A stretch of 64,000 nt of DNA from an uncultured Anaerolinea sp. (GTDB lineage Bacteria > Chloroflexota > Anaerolineae > Anaerolineales > Villigracilaceae): assembly GCA_964543585.1 (NCBI GenBank), contig CAZIYY010000001.1:245-64244 (forward strand). The letters are read 5' to 3'. The notes below the pieces were generated by a model. That model was given only the letters and a program-made list of their open reading frames with translations, did no database searches and had not been told where the DNA came from. Below are positions 9,556 to 19,558 of this stretch, one piece after another (position 1 is the first letter of the stretch; each line of letters begins with the position of its first letter). The position numbers were made by a program, and so were the translations under genes.

Positions 9556-9561
9556 TACAAT

Positions 9562-10506
9562 ATGACCACTCAAACTGCCTCCATTCCCCAGCTTGCAGAT
9601 GATCTGGCAACCCCGCCTTTAACCCTGTGGCAGCTTGGCTGGCTCAGGTTCCGCCGCCACAAAATGGCGATCTTTGGCGGGGCTGTTTTGATCCTGCTGT
9701 TTCTTTACGCATTTGGCGGCGCGTTCTTTTATACAGAAAAGTATGCCAACTTTAATGATACTTCCCAGCGTCTCTTACCTCCTTCCTGGGAACATCCTTT
9801 TGGCACCGACACAATCGGCAGGGATATCCTTGCCAGAACGATCTATGGCGGCCAGATTTCATTGTTTATCGGACTTGTAGCAGTGCTTATAGAAACCATA
9901 CTGGGTATTATTGTTGGAGCAGTGGCGGGCTATTATGGCGGCGCGGTGGATGCGATCCTAATGCGTATCACAGAGGCATTGTTGAACATCCCCACAATTT
10001 TTTTGTTGATTGTGATGGCAAAATTCTTCGGAGGAAATGTGCCGGATATTGAGATCGGAGGGCGCGTGTTCAGCGGGAGTGTGATCGTTATCGTGGTGAT
10101 TATCGGCGCCACAAGCTGGATGTATCTCGCGCGCATCGTCCGCGCGGACTTTTTATCGCTCAAGGAAAATGAATTTGTCCTTGCGGCGCGCGCGACCGGC
10201 ACATCCAATTTTCAAATCATCTTTCTTCACATCCTGCCGAGCACGGTTGCCCCGATCATTGTTTCTGCAACATTGAGCGTGGCGAATGCAATTCTTTCTG
10301 AAGCCTACATAAGTTTCCTGGGTTTGGGCGTTCAGCCTCCCACTGCCACGTGGGGAAACATGCTGGAGAGTTCGTCAAAATATTTGGATTCCGCCCCCTG
10401 GCTTTGGTTCTTTCCAGGATTGCTGATCCTATTGACAGTGTTGGGCATCAACTTTGTAGGTGATGGGTTGCGTGATGCATTGGATCCGCGCAGTAGGACG
10501 ATCTAG
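9562..10506 (+). CDS. ABC transporter permease (DppC/OppC-like)
   Basis: 314 aa. HPFGTDTIGRDILARTIYG and EFVLAARATG are typical OppC/DppC motifs. Confidence 0.9.
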   Translation: MTTQTASIPQLADDLATPPLTLWQLGWLRFRRHKMAIFGGAVLILLFLYAFGGAFFYTEKYANFNDTSQRLLPPSWEHPFGTDTIGRDILARTIYGGQISLFIGLVAVLIETILGIIVGAVAGYYGGAVDAILMRITEALLNIPTIFLLIVMAKFFGGNVPDIEIGGRVFSGSVIVIVVIIGATSWMYLARIVRADFLSLKENEFVLAARATGTSNFQIIFLHILPSTVAPIIVSATLSVANAILSEAYISFLGLGVQPPTATWGNMLESSSKYLDSAPWLWFFPGLLILLTVLGINFVGDGLRDALDPRSRTI

Positions 10507-10509
10507 GAT

Positions 10510-11505
10510 ATGACCGTGACGAGCGCATTACTTCAAGTATCCAATCTGCGGACCCGATTCCATACCCCCGAGGGGACGGTCCATGCGGTGAATGGTATTT
10601 CGTTCCACGTCAAAGAAGGGGAAACAGTGGCAGTCGTCGGCGAGAGCGGATGCGGAAAATCTGTCAGTATGATGTCTCTGCTTAAGTTGATCCCAACGCC
10701 GCCGGGCGATATCTATTCCGGGACGGCGTTCTATCGGGGTAGTGACCTTCTGCAAAATTCTGAACAGGAAATGGAAGATATCCGTGGAAAGGAAATTTCC
10801 ATGATCTTTCAGGATCCCATGACATCGCTCAATCCCGTATTGACGGTTGGCAGGCAGATCTCCGAATCTCTGCGCGTGCATCTGGGTTTTTCGCCTGAGA
10901 GCGCCGAACATCGCGCGGTTGAATTGCTTGAGCAGGTTGGCATCCCGGATGCGGCAAGGCGCGTGTATGATTATCCCCATCAATTTTCCGGTGGTATGCG
11001 CCAGCGTGTGATGATCGCGATGGCATTAGCCTGTGCGCCAAGTCTTTTGATCGCCGACGAACCCACCACTGCTTTGGATGTTACGATCCAGGCACAGATC
11101 GTGGAGCTGGTCGCGCGCTTGCGGGAAGCTTTCCATATGGCTATTATTTGGATCACCCATGATCTGGGCGTGGTAGCTGGGATTGCAGACCGTGTGATCG
11201 TGATGTATGCAGGCTATATCGTGGAGGAGGCAGGTGTTGAGGATTTATATGATCTACCCAGCCATCCTTATACACTGGCGTTGCTTGGCGCACTACCGCG
11301 CGTTGACCGCCGGCGTGACCAACGGTTAAAGTCCATTCCGGGAACGCCTCCAAATTTACTGGTGGAGCCGCGTGGCTGTCCGTTTGCCCCGCGTTGTGAA
11401 TTTGTAATTGATAAATGCAGGCAGGAGAATCCAGATTTGATTCGGATTGATAAAAATCATTCCACAGCCTGTTGGGTGGATGTGAAAACAGGAGTCCCGC
11501 GATGA
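10510..11505 (+). CDS. ABC transporter ATP-binding protein (DppD/OppD-like)
   Basis: Walker A GESGCGKS, signature FSGGMRQR, Walker [13 protein letters not shown], and the C-terminal oligopeptide-ABC Cys motif. Confidence 0.9.
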   Translation: MTVTSALLQVSNLRTRFHTPEGTVHAVNGISFHVKEGETVAVVGESGCGKSVSMMSLLKLIPTPPGDIYSGTAFYRGSDLLQNSEQEMEDIRGKEISMIFQDPMTSLNPVLTVGRQISESLRVHLGFSPESAEHRAVELLEQVGIPDAARRVYDYPHQFSGGMRQRVMIAMALACAPSLLIADEPTTALDVTIQAQIVELVARLREAFHMAIIWITHDLGVVAGIADRVIVMYAGYIVEEAGVEDLYDLPSHPYTLALLGALPRVDRRRDQRLKSIPGTPPNLLVEPRGCPFAPRCEFVIDKCRQENPDLIRIDKNHSTACWVDVKTGVPR

Positions 11506-12494
11506 GTGATTCGAAGCCACTGGTTGAAGTGCAGGACCTGAAAAAACATTTCCGGGTTTCGCGCGGGATCGTCTTCCAGCGCAATGTGGGGGTTGTGCGA
11601 GCTGTGGATGGGGTTTCATTTTCCATTCAGCGCGGTGAGACCCTCGGTATGGTCGGGGAGAGCGGGTGCGGTAAGACGACAGCGGGCCGTACCATGCTTG
11701 GTTTGTACCCCGCGACAGGCGGGACGGTGACCATAGATGGCGACGATATTCTTCATGCGCGCGGCAAGAACCTGCTTGCGATTCGCCGCAAAGCGCAAAT
11801 AATCTTCCAGGACCCGTATGCTTCCCTCAACCCGCGCTGGACTGTTAACTCGATTGTCAGTGAGCCGATGCGCGTGCACAAATTATTTGCATCTGATCGG
11901 GAACGTTTGGAACGCGCCAGGCAACTGCTGGGTCTGGTCGGTTTGAGCCCCCACTTGCTGAATCGCTTCCCGCATGAATTTTCCGGCGGTCAGCGCCAGC
12001 GCATCGGCATTGCGCGCGCGCTGGCTTCCGACCCCTTATTCATTGTATGTGACGAACCGATCTCCGCGCTGGATGTTTCCATTCAGGCTCAAGTGGTCAA
12101 CCTGTTGGAGGAACTCCAGGATCAATTCAGGCTGACCTATCTTTTCATTGCGCATGACCTCAGCATGGTGCGTCATATTTGCGACCGTGTGGCTGTGTTG
12201 TATCTGGGTGTGATGGTTGAATTGGCTGACCGTGATGAACTATACGAGAAGCCGCTACACCCCTATACCAAAGCGCTTCTTTCCGCAGTCCCAATTCCGG
12301 ACCCTCGCAAGGATCGCGCCCGCAAACGAACGATCTTAACCGGCGATGTGCCCAGCCCCATTAATCCACCGAGCGGCTGTCGCTTCCATACACGTTGCCC
12401 CATTGCCATGGATATTTGTAAAAAGGAAGTGCCTGTATGGCAGGAAGCCGCGCCCCAACATTGGGTGGCTTGCCACGCGGTAACAGGCGTATAA
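11502..12494 (+). CDS. ABC transporter ATP-binding protein (DppF/OppF-like)
   Basis: Walker A GESGCGKT, signature FSGGQRQR, Walker [13 protein letters not shown]. The ATG at 11502 overlaps the upstream stop (ATGA). Confidence 0.9.
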   Translation: MSDSKPLVEVQDLKKHFRVSRGIVFQRNVGVVRAVDGVSFSIQRGETLGMVGESGCGKTTAGRTMLGLYPATGGTVTIDGDDILHARGKNLLAIRRKAQIIFQDPYASLNPRWTVNSIVSEPMRVHKLFASDRERLERARQLLGLVGLSPHLLNRFPHEFSGGQRQRIGIARALASDPLFIVCDEPISALDVSIQAQVVNLLEELQDQFRLTYLFIAHDLSMVRHICDRVAVLYLGVMVELADRDELYEKPLHPYTKALLSAVPIPDPRKDRARKRTILTGDVPSPINPPSGCRFHTRCPIAMDICKKEVPVWQEAAPQHWVACHAVTGV

Positions 12495-12580
12495 TCTTAC
12501 GATTAAATCGGACGGCAATTGTCCCCCTTCCCTCCAAGAGTATAATCAACCCATCATCACCACCTACCAACGGAGGAACC

Positions 12581-13780
12581 ATGTCATTCAAACTCGTCTA
12601 CCTTTCCCAGCAGGACCCGAAATGGAAAGCCGATATTCTCGGCTTCGGCGACGCCGGTGATACGATTGGTTACATCGGCTGCGCGCTGACCGCCACTGCC
12701 ATGCTCCTCAGCGGGCATGGATATAACGAGACGCCCAAAAGCCTCAACCAAAAGCTCAAGAATGTGAATGGCTTTGTCAGCGCGGCAATTCGCTGGGGCG
12801 CGGTCAGCCAGGTTTACCCGCAAGTCACGGTGAAGTCGAGCATCTCATGTCCGACCACCCCTGCGCCGCTCGAACAAATTGACGCGGCTATCGCGGCGGG
12901 TCAGCCCGCCATTGTGCAGGTGGATTATTCGCCTGCATCAGGCATCCAAACGCACTGGGTCGTGCTTTATGCGCGCAAAGGCGACGATTATCTCATGCTC
13001 GATCCCTGGCCCTACCAGCCCGACATCACAAAAGAAGATTACTTGATGAAGCGCTATGCCCAGGGTCTGACTCTCAAACGCGCCATCTCACACGTGATCT
13101 TATACGAAGCCTACGGATCAGGAGGACCGATCTCGACTCCCTCCACGACGACAACCACGCCTCCCTCTTCGGGTCAGCCGACAGCTGAATCCACAACAAT
13201 GGTCGGACCCTACGCCCGCGTCAAAGCAGACGTGACATGGGGACTTAACGTCCGTTCCAGCATTGATACGTCGAGCATGGCGAACGTGCTTGTCTCTGTG
13301 CCGGCAGGAACGTTACTCTCCCTCATCGAAACGGACGGCGCGGCGAAGATTGGCGCGATCAACCAATGGATACGTGTCCGCGCGCCGCAGGGACAGGAAG
13401 GCTTTGCCGCGGCGTGGTATTTGGAAAAAGGTCCGGGGTCCGCGCCAACTCAAACAACGGAATCAACTACAAGTCCGACAAATGAAGCGCCCACAAATGA
13501 AATGACTCCTGCCCCAACAGAATCAACCCCGGCAACTGAGTCCTCTCCTGAAAAATCAAAACTGGTCGTCAAAGTCAAAAAGAATGGACTGAGCGTGTAC
13601 GAGTCAGCCTCCGCGAAGGGCAAAGTGGTATGCACTGAAAAGACGGGCGCGAAACTGGTTGTAGTTGAAGAGGCAGGCAAGGCGGTCGCCAAGATCGGCG
13701 CGGCTGGAAAATGGCTGAACGTGAAAGCCACAAACAATAAGCGCGGCTACGTGGACGCGGGTTCCGTGAAACTGGCTTGA
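12581..13780 (+). CDS. Papain-like (peptidase C39-like) domain protein with two SH3b-like domains
   Basis: The ATG at 12581 follows a GGAGG RBS. The N-terminal domain has a candidate Cys (YIGCALTATAML) and His (THWVVLYA). A T/P/S-rich linker follows, then two SH3-like segments (WGLNVRSS...WIRV; LSVYESAS...WLNVKA). Confidence 0.6.
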   Translation: MSFKLVYLSQQDPKWKADILGFGDAGDTIGYIGCALTATAMLLSGHGYNETPKSLNQKLKNVNGFVSAAIRWGAVSQVYPQVTVKSSISCPTTPAPLEQIDAAIAAGQPAIVQVDYSPASGIQTHWVVLYARKGDDYLMLDPWPYQPDITKEDYLMKRYAQGLTLKRAISHVILYEAYGSGGPISTPSTTTTTPPSSGQPTAESTTMVGPYARVKADVTWGLNVRSSIDTSSMANVLVSVPAGTLLSLIETDGAAKIGAINQWIRVRAPQGQEGFAAAWYLEKGPGSAPTQTTESTTSPTNEAPTNEMTPAPTESTPATESSPEKSKLVVKVKKNGLSVYESASAKGKVVCTEKTGAKLVVVEEAGKAVAKIGAAGKWLNVKATNNKRGYVDAGSVKLA

Positions 13781-13921
13781 CGGCGATTCGTCAAACTTCC
13801 GTAACATGTTGACGCCAGGCGTGTTAAAATCTGTAGCTGTCCGTCAAAGTAAATTCGCTCTCGCCGCCGAGGACATAATAAGCGGGATATCATCCCGCCG
13901 CTGTAAATTGAGGAGCAGAGT

Positions 13922-14299
13922 ATGAACAGTGATTTGAAGATCGCACCTGAGCAAATCCAGGCAGGCGTGCCGGTAACGGTTTTCCATCTGCGCGGCTGGC
14001 TGGACGCGCAAGGCGAAGAACAACTTCTTGAAGCCGCGCGCGCCGCGTACGATGAAGGAGCGCGTTATCTTCTGATAGATATGAGCGATCTCGACACGCT
14101 CACCAGCGCAGGCATACGCGCCATCCAAAAGGTCTATCAGATATATACGCCAAAAGAAGATCGTTTCAAAGTGGCTCACCTGAAACTATGCAACGCCCCC
14201 CCGCAAATTTATAACGTGCTGGGCATTACAGGGTTTTTGCATAACATCCCCATGTATGAAAGCCGGGACGGCGCGCTTGAAACCTTCGGGAAGGAATGA
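13922..14299 (+). CDS. STAS-domain protein (anti-sigma-factor-antagonist-like)
   Basis: 125 aa. The pattern VFHLRGWLDA...LLIDMSDLDTLTSAGIRAI...LKLCNAPPQIYNVLGITGF is typical of SpoIIAA-like STAS domains. Confidence 0.75.
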   Translation: MNSDLKIAPEQIQAGVPVTVFHLRGWLDAQGEEQLLEAARAAYDEGARYLLIDMSDLDTLTSAGIRAIQKVYQIYTPKEDRFKVAHLKLCNAPPQIYNVLGITGFLHNIPMYESRDGALETFGKE

Positions 14300-14342
14300 T
14301 TTTATATCGGTTGTGCAGGGATGGCATCTTGCGCTGCAGTGC

Positions 14343-14378
14343 AAAGGCTCTTCGGATCACCGGGGAGCCTTTTGGTTT
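14343..14378 (+). terminator. Putative rho-independent terminator
   Basis: Stem AAAGGCTC / GAGCCTTT followed by a T-run. Confidence 0.45.
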
Positions 14379-14454
14379 AACCAGACTCTTGTAAGACTTT
14401 GTTAACCTCCCAAAGGCGAGGCAGAGCCGCTCTTTCGATTATCATTGAAGATCA

Positions 14455-15147
14455 ATGGACACAAAAACCATCCTGGTCGTTGAAGACGAAGCCAGCATCG
14501 CGGAAGTCGTCAGCCTGTACCTCAAGCGCGCGGGATACAATGTTCAGATCGCGCCGGACGGAAAAAAGGCGATGAACATCTTCGAGCGACAAATGCCGGA
14601 CTTCGTGATCCTCGACCTGATGCTCCCTGAAGTGGATGGTCTCTCTCTCACCCGCTGGCTGAGGGACCGCTCGGACGTGCCGATCATTATGCTGACAGCG
14701 CGCCGCGAAGAGATTGACCGCATCGCGGGCCTTGAAATGGGCGCGGACGATTACGTCGTCAAGCCGTTCAGCCCGCAGGAGTTGGTGAGCCGCGTCCGGG
14801 CGGTGATGAGGCGCCTTGGACGGGAACAGGTTGAGGCTGAGTCTGAACGCCGTCTGTCATTCGACGGTTTGGCGATTGACCCGCGCAGCCGCGTCGTTAT
14901 CGTGAAAGATTCATCCATCGAGTTGACCGTCAAAGAGTTCGATATGCTTTATCTTCTGGCGCGGCATCCCAAACAGGTCTTCACACGCGAGCAATTGCTC
15001 GAGCGCGTTTGGGGCGGCGCGGCTTACATTGACCGCGGCACAGTGACCGTCCATGTGCGAAGATTGCGCGAAAAAATAGAGGACGATCCGTCCAAGCCCG
15101 CGCGGTTGTTAACCGTGTGGGGTATTGGTTATAAGTTTGAGCCGTAA
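14455..15147 (+). CDS. OmpR-family response regulator
   Basis: Receiver domain (DDEASI..., DLMLPEVDG, KPF) plus a winged-helix C-terminus (LTVKEFDMLYLLARHP...VWG...YIDRGTVTVHVRRLREKI...GIGYKF). Confidence 0.9.
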   Translation: MDTKTILVVEDEASIAEVVSLYLKRAGYNVQIAPDGKKAMNIFERQMPDFVILDLMLPEVDGLSLTRWLRDRSDVPIIMLTARREEIDRIAGLEMGADDYVVKPFSPQELVSRVRAVMRRLGREQVEAESERRLSFDGLAIDPRSRVVIVKDSSIELTVKEFDMLYLLARHPKQVFTREQLLERVWGGAAYIDRGTVTVHVRRLREKIEDDPSKPARLLTVWGIGYKFEP

Positions 15148-15184
15148 ATTTCAAACTACGAGTCATAGAGATATGGAGAAATTT

Positions 15185-15234
15185 AACCGCGAAGTTCGCG
15201 AAGAAAAACAAAAAACTTAGCGGGCTTCGCGGTT
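15185..15234. repeat. REP-C variant hairpin (AACCGCGAAG ... CTTCGCGGTT with an A-rich loop)
   Basis: 10-bp inverted arms flank GAAGAAAAACAAAAAACT, the same architecture as the CCACAGAG-type hairpins elsewhere in the window. Confidence 0.6.
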
Positions 15235-15273
15235 CAGAAAAGAATCTCAGCATCTCCGCGATGAATTAATTTT

Positions 15274-16515
15274 ATGAAATCAACTCTCTCCCAAACTCCC
15301 ATGCCTGTCCGCCTTGTGATTGGCATCCTTCTTATTCTTGCCATTTCGCTGGGCTTCTTCAAACTGCTCATGGCGCCGCCAATGAGCGAGCTGGGCTTGA
15401 TGGCTTTGTTTTTAGGCATCACCGCATTCGTCTCCGCGCTGGCGGGTTATGCGGCATATCGTTTCGGCTGGATCAATCGCTCTCCCAGATTGCGATGGAC
15501 ATTGCTCGGCGGATATGCGCTCGCGAGCGTGCTCACATTTTTCAACGTATGGTTTTCCGCGCAACTGATGTTCGCCAGCGAGCATGACCTTTTGCTGGCA
15601 ATTGTATTGCTGGTATTCGCAAGCGGAATGGCGATGGTGCTTGGCTATTTTCTTTCCAGCACTGTGACCGAGCGAATACATTTGCTAAAAGGCGCGGCGG
15701 AAAAACTGGCAAAAGGAGATTTACATACACGCGTTCCCATTCAAGGGCGCGATGAAGTGGCGACGCTGGGGGCAACATTCAACCAGATGGCGGAACAACT
15801 GCAAGCCGCAGACCAGAAGCAACGCGATCTCGAAACCATGCGCCGCGATTTGATTGCATGGGTCAGCCACGATTTGCAAACCCCGCTGACATCCATGCGC
15901 GCCATTCTCGAAGCGTTATCCGATGGAGTCATAGATGAACCCGAAATGATAAGTCGTTATCTCAACACCGCGCAGCGCGACGTGCGTTCGCTCTCGGCGT
16001 TGATCGATGATCTCTTTCAAATGGCACAGCTCGACGCGGGCGGCTTCCCGCTTAATCGCGCCGAGGCATCTCTCAACGATCTTATTTCAGATACGCTTGA
16101 AAGTTTCTCCGAACTTGCTTATCGCGAGAGCATTACACTTGAGGGAATGGTGGAATCCAATGTCGATCCTGTGATGATGGATACTCAGGCGATCGGCCGG
16201 GCGCTGAACAACCTGATTGGCAACGCGCTGCGGCACACATCCGCCGGGGGAAAGGTACATGTCTTTGCGCGGCGAACAGAAAGAAGCGTGGAAGTGAGCG
16301 TGAGCGATACAGGCGAAGGCATCCGCGCGGAAGACATGCCGCTCATCTTCGAGCGTTTCTATCGCGGCGAGAAATCACGCAACCGCGGCACGGGCGGCGC
16401 GGGATTGGGACTTGCGATTGCGCGCGGCATCGTGCGCGCACATGGCGGCGACATCCGCGTTGAAAGCGATGGCGTGCCGGGCAGGGGCGCGCGCTTCACC
16501 TTCCACATCCCTTAA
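15274..16515 (+). CDS. Sensor histidine kinase with HAMP domain
   Basis: TM helices are followed by a HAMP domain, the H-box SHDLQTPLTSM, the N-box NLIGNALRHT, and G-boxes DTGEGI / GGAGLGLAI. Confidence 0.9.
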   Translation: MKSTLSQTPMPVRLVIGILLILAISLGFFKLLMAPPMSELGLMALFLGITAFVSALAGYAAYRFGWINRSPRLRWTLLGGYALASVLTFFNVWFSAQLMFASEHDLLLAIVLLVFASGMAMVLGYFLSSTVTERIHLLKGAAEKLAKGDLHTRVPIQGRDEVATLGATFNQMAEQLQAADQKQRDLETMRRDLIAWVSHDLQTPLTSMRAILEALSDGVIDEPEMISRYLNTAQRDVRSLSALIDDLFQMAQLDAGGFPLNRAEASLNDLISDTLESFSELAYRESITLEGMVESNVDPVMMDTQAIGRALNNLIGNALRHTSAGGKVHVFARRTERSVEVSVSDTGEGIRAEDMPLIFERFYRGEKSRNRGTGGAGLGLAIARGIVRAHGGDIRVESDGVPGRGARFTFHIP

Positions 16516-16586
16516 GAACTTCTCAGCCTAACGTAATCCTTTCGTAAGGAAGATTGCTTAGAATGAAGCCATCAAGGAGGCTGACC

Positions 16587-17144
16587 ATGAAACACTGGCT
16601 GATCGGATTGACTGCCTTCATTCTTTTTGGATGCGCTTCAGGAGAGAACGTGACGCAACAACAAATGGACACTGCGATGCCCATCGCCGCTTCACTACCG
16701 GACTTGGGACCTGCTCCTGAGCTTACGAACGACACCTGGCTGAATGTTGGTTCGCCCCTGCGCCTCGCGGCTTTGCGCGGCAAGGTCGTCATCGTCGAGA
16801 TGTGGACGTTCGGCTGTATCAACTGCCAGCACGTGATGCCCTCGTTGAAAGAGTGGCACAGCAAGTATAAAGAACAGGGACTCGTCATCATTGGCAATCA
16901 TTTCCCCGAGTTCTCCTATGAAGCAGACCTGGCGAACTTGAAGGATGCAATAGCGCGCAATGATATTCAATATGCCGTCACGCAGGACAACGACGGCGCA
17001 ACATGGAAAGCCTATAAGAATCATTACTGGCCCGCGTTGTATCTCATAGACAAGCAAGGTCATATCCGTTACGTCCACATTGGCGAAGGACAATATAAAG
17101 AGACCGAGGAAAATATCAAGGCGTTGTTGGAAGAGACATATTGA
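16587..17144 (+). CDS. Thioredoxin-fold redoxin lipoprotein (TlpA/ResA-like)
   Basis: AGGAGG RBS and ATG at 16587. Lipobox LFGCASG and CxxC motif WTFGCINCQH. Confidence 0.8.
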   Translation: MKHWLIGLTAFILFGCASGENVTQQQMDTAMPIAASLPDLGPAPELTNDTWLNVGSPLRLAALRGKVVIVEMWTFGCINCQHVMPSLKEWHSKYKEQGLVIIGNHFPEFSYEADLANLKDAIARNDIQYAVTQDNDGATWKAYKNHYWPALYLIDKQGHIRYVHIGEGQYKETEENIKALLEETY

Positions 17145-17150
17145 TCGTCA

Positions 17151-17247
17151 TGTAGGGGCGACCCGCCATGCGCAATGAAAGACATTTGATCGCGAGCGAT
17201 GTTAGCATAACAATCAAGATTGATGACAATGAAGGGTCGTCCCTACA
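17151..17247. repeat. REP-D element: TGTAGGGGCGACCC ... GGGTCGTCCCTACA inverted arms around a ~70-nt core
   Basis: 14-nt arms with one mismatch. The arms share GTAGGGGCG / CGCCCCTAC with the palindromes at 30134 and 30518. Confidence 0.7.
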
Positions 17248-17269
17248 ATATTTTGTAAAGAGGTAAACC

Positions 17270-18241
17270 ATGAACAACAAATTCAAATCCGTTCCAGTCA
17301 AATCATCCGAGATCACACCGTATTCGCAATATCTTTCGCGGCGCGATTTTCTCAAAGCCGCGGGCATTGTCACGGGGTCAGCGCTGTTAGCCGCGTGCGC
17401 GCCCAATGCAACGGAATCAGCCGTCCCTGCGAGCGAGGCGAGCGAAGCGCCCGTCATGCCAGCATCCAACCAAACGGACGAGTTGGGTGATCCGGTCAAT
17501 TCATTCAATGACATCACCAACTACAATAACTATTATGAGTTCTCCACGAACAAGGAAGCCGTCGCCCCGCTTTCCAAGGATTTCCATGCAAGCCCATGGA
17601 CGGTTGAAGTCTACGGTATGGTCAATAAGCCGAAGACCTACGGCATCGAAGATTTGTTGAGCAAATTCACGCAGGAGGAGCGCATTTATCGCCTGCGCTG
17701 CGTTGAAGCCTGGAGCATGGTCATCCCGTGGACGGGTTTTTCGCTCGCGAGTTTATTGAAAGAGGCGGAACCAACATCAGACGCGAAGTACGTTCGCTTT
17801 GAAACGGTCCTTCGCCCCGAGGAAATGCAGGGACAGGGAAGCCCGTTCTATTCGTGGCCCTACCAGGAGGGCTTGCGACTCGATGAGGCAATGAACGAAC
17901 TTGCCATTCTTGCAACTGGTTTATATGGCCAGCCCATGCCCAACCAGAACGGTGCGCCGATCCGACTCGTCGTTCCCTGGAAGTATGGCTTCAAATCCAT
18001 CAAGTCCATCGTAAAGATCGAACTGACAGATAAACGACCCGAGACGCTCTGGAACACCGCCGCGCCGAATGAATATGGTTTCTATTCCAATGTCAATCCT
18101 AACCGTCCGCATCCGCGTTGGTCGCAGGGATCGGAGCGGCGCATCGGCGAATTCAGCCGCCGCCCCACATTGCTGTTCAACGGGTACGCCGAGCAGGTTG
18201 CGTCTCTGTATGCAGGCATGGATCTGGTTTTGCAGTATTAA
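17270..18241 (+). CDS. msrP: Protein-methionine-sulfoxide reductase, molybdopterin catalytic subunit
   Basis: Tat signal [10 protein letters not shown], plus [10 protein letters not shown] and [18 protein letters not shown], which are characteristic of MsrP/YedY. Confidence 0.9.
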   Translation: MNNKFKSVPVKSSEITPYSQYLSRRDFLKAAGIVTGSALLAACAPNATESAVPASEASEAPVMPASNQTDELGDPVNSFNDITNYNNYYEFSTNKEAVAPLSKDFHASPWTVEVYGMVNKPKTYGIEDLLSKFTQEERIYRLRCVEAWSMVIPWTGFSLASLLKEAEPTSDAKYVRFETVLRPEEMQGQGSPFYSWPYQEGLRLDEAMNELAILATGLYGQPMPNQNGAPIRLVVPWKYGFKSIKSIVKIELTDKRPETLWNTAAPNEYGFYSNVNPNRPHPRWSQGSERRIGEFSRRPTLLFNGYAEQVASLYAGMDLVLQY

Positions 18242-18242
18242 T

Positions 18243-18926
18243 ATGAAATCCCTCTTCAACCGCTACACTCCTCTCCAGATCGCCATGCACATTTATGCGT
18301 GGTCCGCGCTCGTGCGCCTGATCATAGACTTCTTCAATCATCACCTGACTGCCAACCCGATCCAGGCAATGGAACAGCGCACGGGACGCCACGCCATTAC
18401 ACTGCTTGTGCTTTCACTGGCATGTACGCCTCTGAACACAATCTTCAGATGGAGCGAACCGCTCAAACGCCGACGCGCTCTCGGGCTTTACGCGTTCATG
18501 TACGCGAGCATCCATATCCTCATCTTCATTAACCTTGATTACGGCCTTGCCTGGAGTCTCATCGTTCAAACCATAGCGGAAAAACCCTTCGTGATCTATG
18601 GCTTGATCACGTTCCTTCTTCTTATCCCTCTTGCGGTCACTTCCTTTGATATTTGGAAAAAGCGTCTCGGCAAAAACTGGAAGCGCCTGCACTATCTCAT
18701 CTATTTGATCGCCCCCCTGGCGGTATATCATTTCATACTCAGCAAAAAAGGCGACCTGTTTCGATTACAGGGCGACATCATCCGTCCGTTGATCTATGGA
18801 TTGATCGTCTTGGTCTTCCTCACCCTACGCATTCCACAAGTGCGGAGGGGACTCACTTTATTGCGGGACCGAATCCTGTATCTGTTTCGAAGGCGGAGAA
18901 TACAAACTGAAGTGAATACCCCTTAG
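18243..18926 (+). CDS. msrQ: Protein-methionine-sulfoxide reductase, haem-binding membrane subunit
   Basis: The ATG lies 1 nt after the msrP stop. It encodes a ferric-reductase-like six-TM protein with conserved His residues, and the MsrP-MsrQ synteny is canonical. Confidence 0.85.
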   Translation: MKSLFNRYTPLQIAMHIYAWSALVRLIIDFFNHHLTANPIQAMEQRTGRHAITLLVLSLACTPLNTIFRWSEPLKRRRALGLYAFMYASIHILIFINLDYGLAWSLIVQTIAEKPFVIYGLITFLLLIPLAVTSFDIWKKRLGKNWKRLHYLIYLIAPLAVYHFILSKKGDLFRLQGDIIRPLIYGLIVLVFLTLRIPQVRRGLTLLRDRILYLFRRRRIQTEVNTP

Positions 18927-18982
18927 AGCGAGATATTGCACAGTAACAATTAAACCGAGCAATCCTTGAGACCTATTTTGAA

Positions 18983-19036
18983 CCACGGAGACACCGAGAA
19001 AACCATATAAAACTCCGTGACTCGGTGTCTCCGTGG
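18983..19036. repeat. REP-C hairpin (perfect 16-bp arms CCACGGAGACACCGAG / CTCGGTGTCTCCGTGG)
   Basis: The inverted repeat is seen directly. It lies 3' of msrQ and may also act as a terminator. Confidence 0.8.
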
Positions 19037-19111
19037 TAAAAGCTTTGATGGTCTATACGAGGATTATTTGCTAGATTAATTTGGAAAGATTCAAAATCTC
19101 GATCTGCTTTT

Positions 19112-19336
19112 CTAGAATATCCCTTTCAGGAACAACAGCAGTCCCACAATCGCAAGCGGGACTCCTACGATCGCGCCGACAATTGTCAGGCTGACCAGCA
19201 CGCCGACGATCATCAGCGCGATGCCGAGGATCATCGCGACGAGGCGGCCCGTCATTTCGACGATCACCGCCAGCAGTTTCCAGATCGCCGCGAAGGGCCA
19301 GAGATACCAAGGGATTTGTTTTGCATGTGTTGTCAT
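19112..19336 (-). CDS. Small hypothetical membrane protein (74 aa)
   Basis: The ATG at 19336 is preceded by GGAGG. There are two long hydrophobic helices. Confidence 0.5.
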   Translation of the reverse strand: MTTHAKQIPWYLWPFAAIWKLLAVIVEMTGRLVAMILGIALMIVGVLVSLTIVGAIVGVPLAIVGLLLFLKGIF

Positions 19337-19558
19337 GTAGACCTCCAAAAATTAATTCGCCCTCCCGAAGAACGTCGGGACGATGTGAGCGGAGAACTGA
19401 GCGCATCCTGAGCCTGACGAAGGACAAAGTTCGCAGACGAAAGGCGTTTCGTCTGCCCTACACTCTGCTCAACGCGATAAGATTGTTTCATAAAATATAC
19501 GCACATTCAGTACAAAGGTAGCAAATGGGCAATTTCCTCTGCATGTTATAATGCCTTC

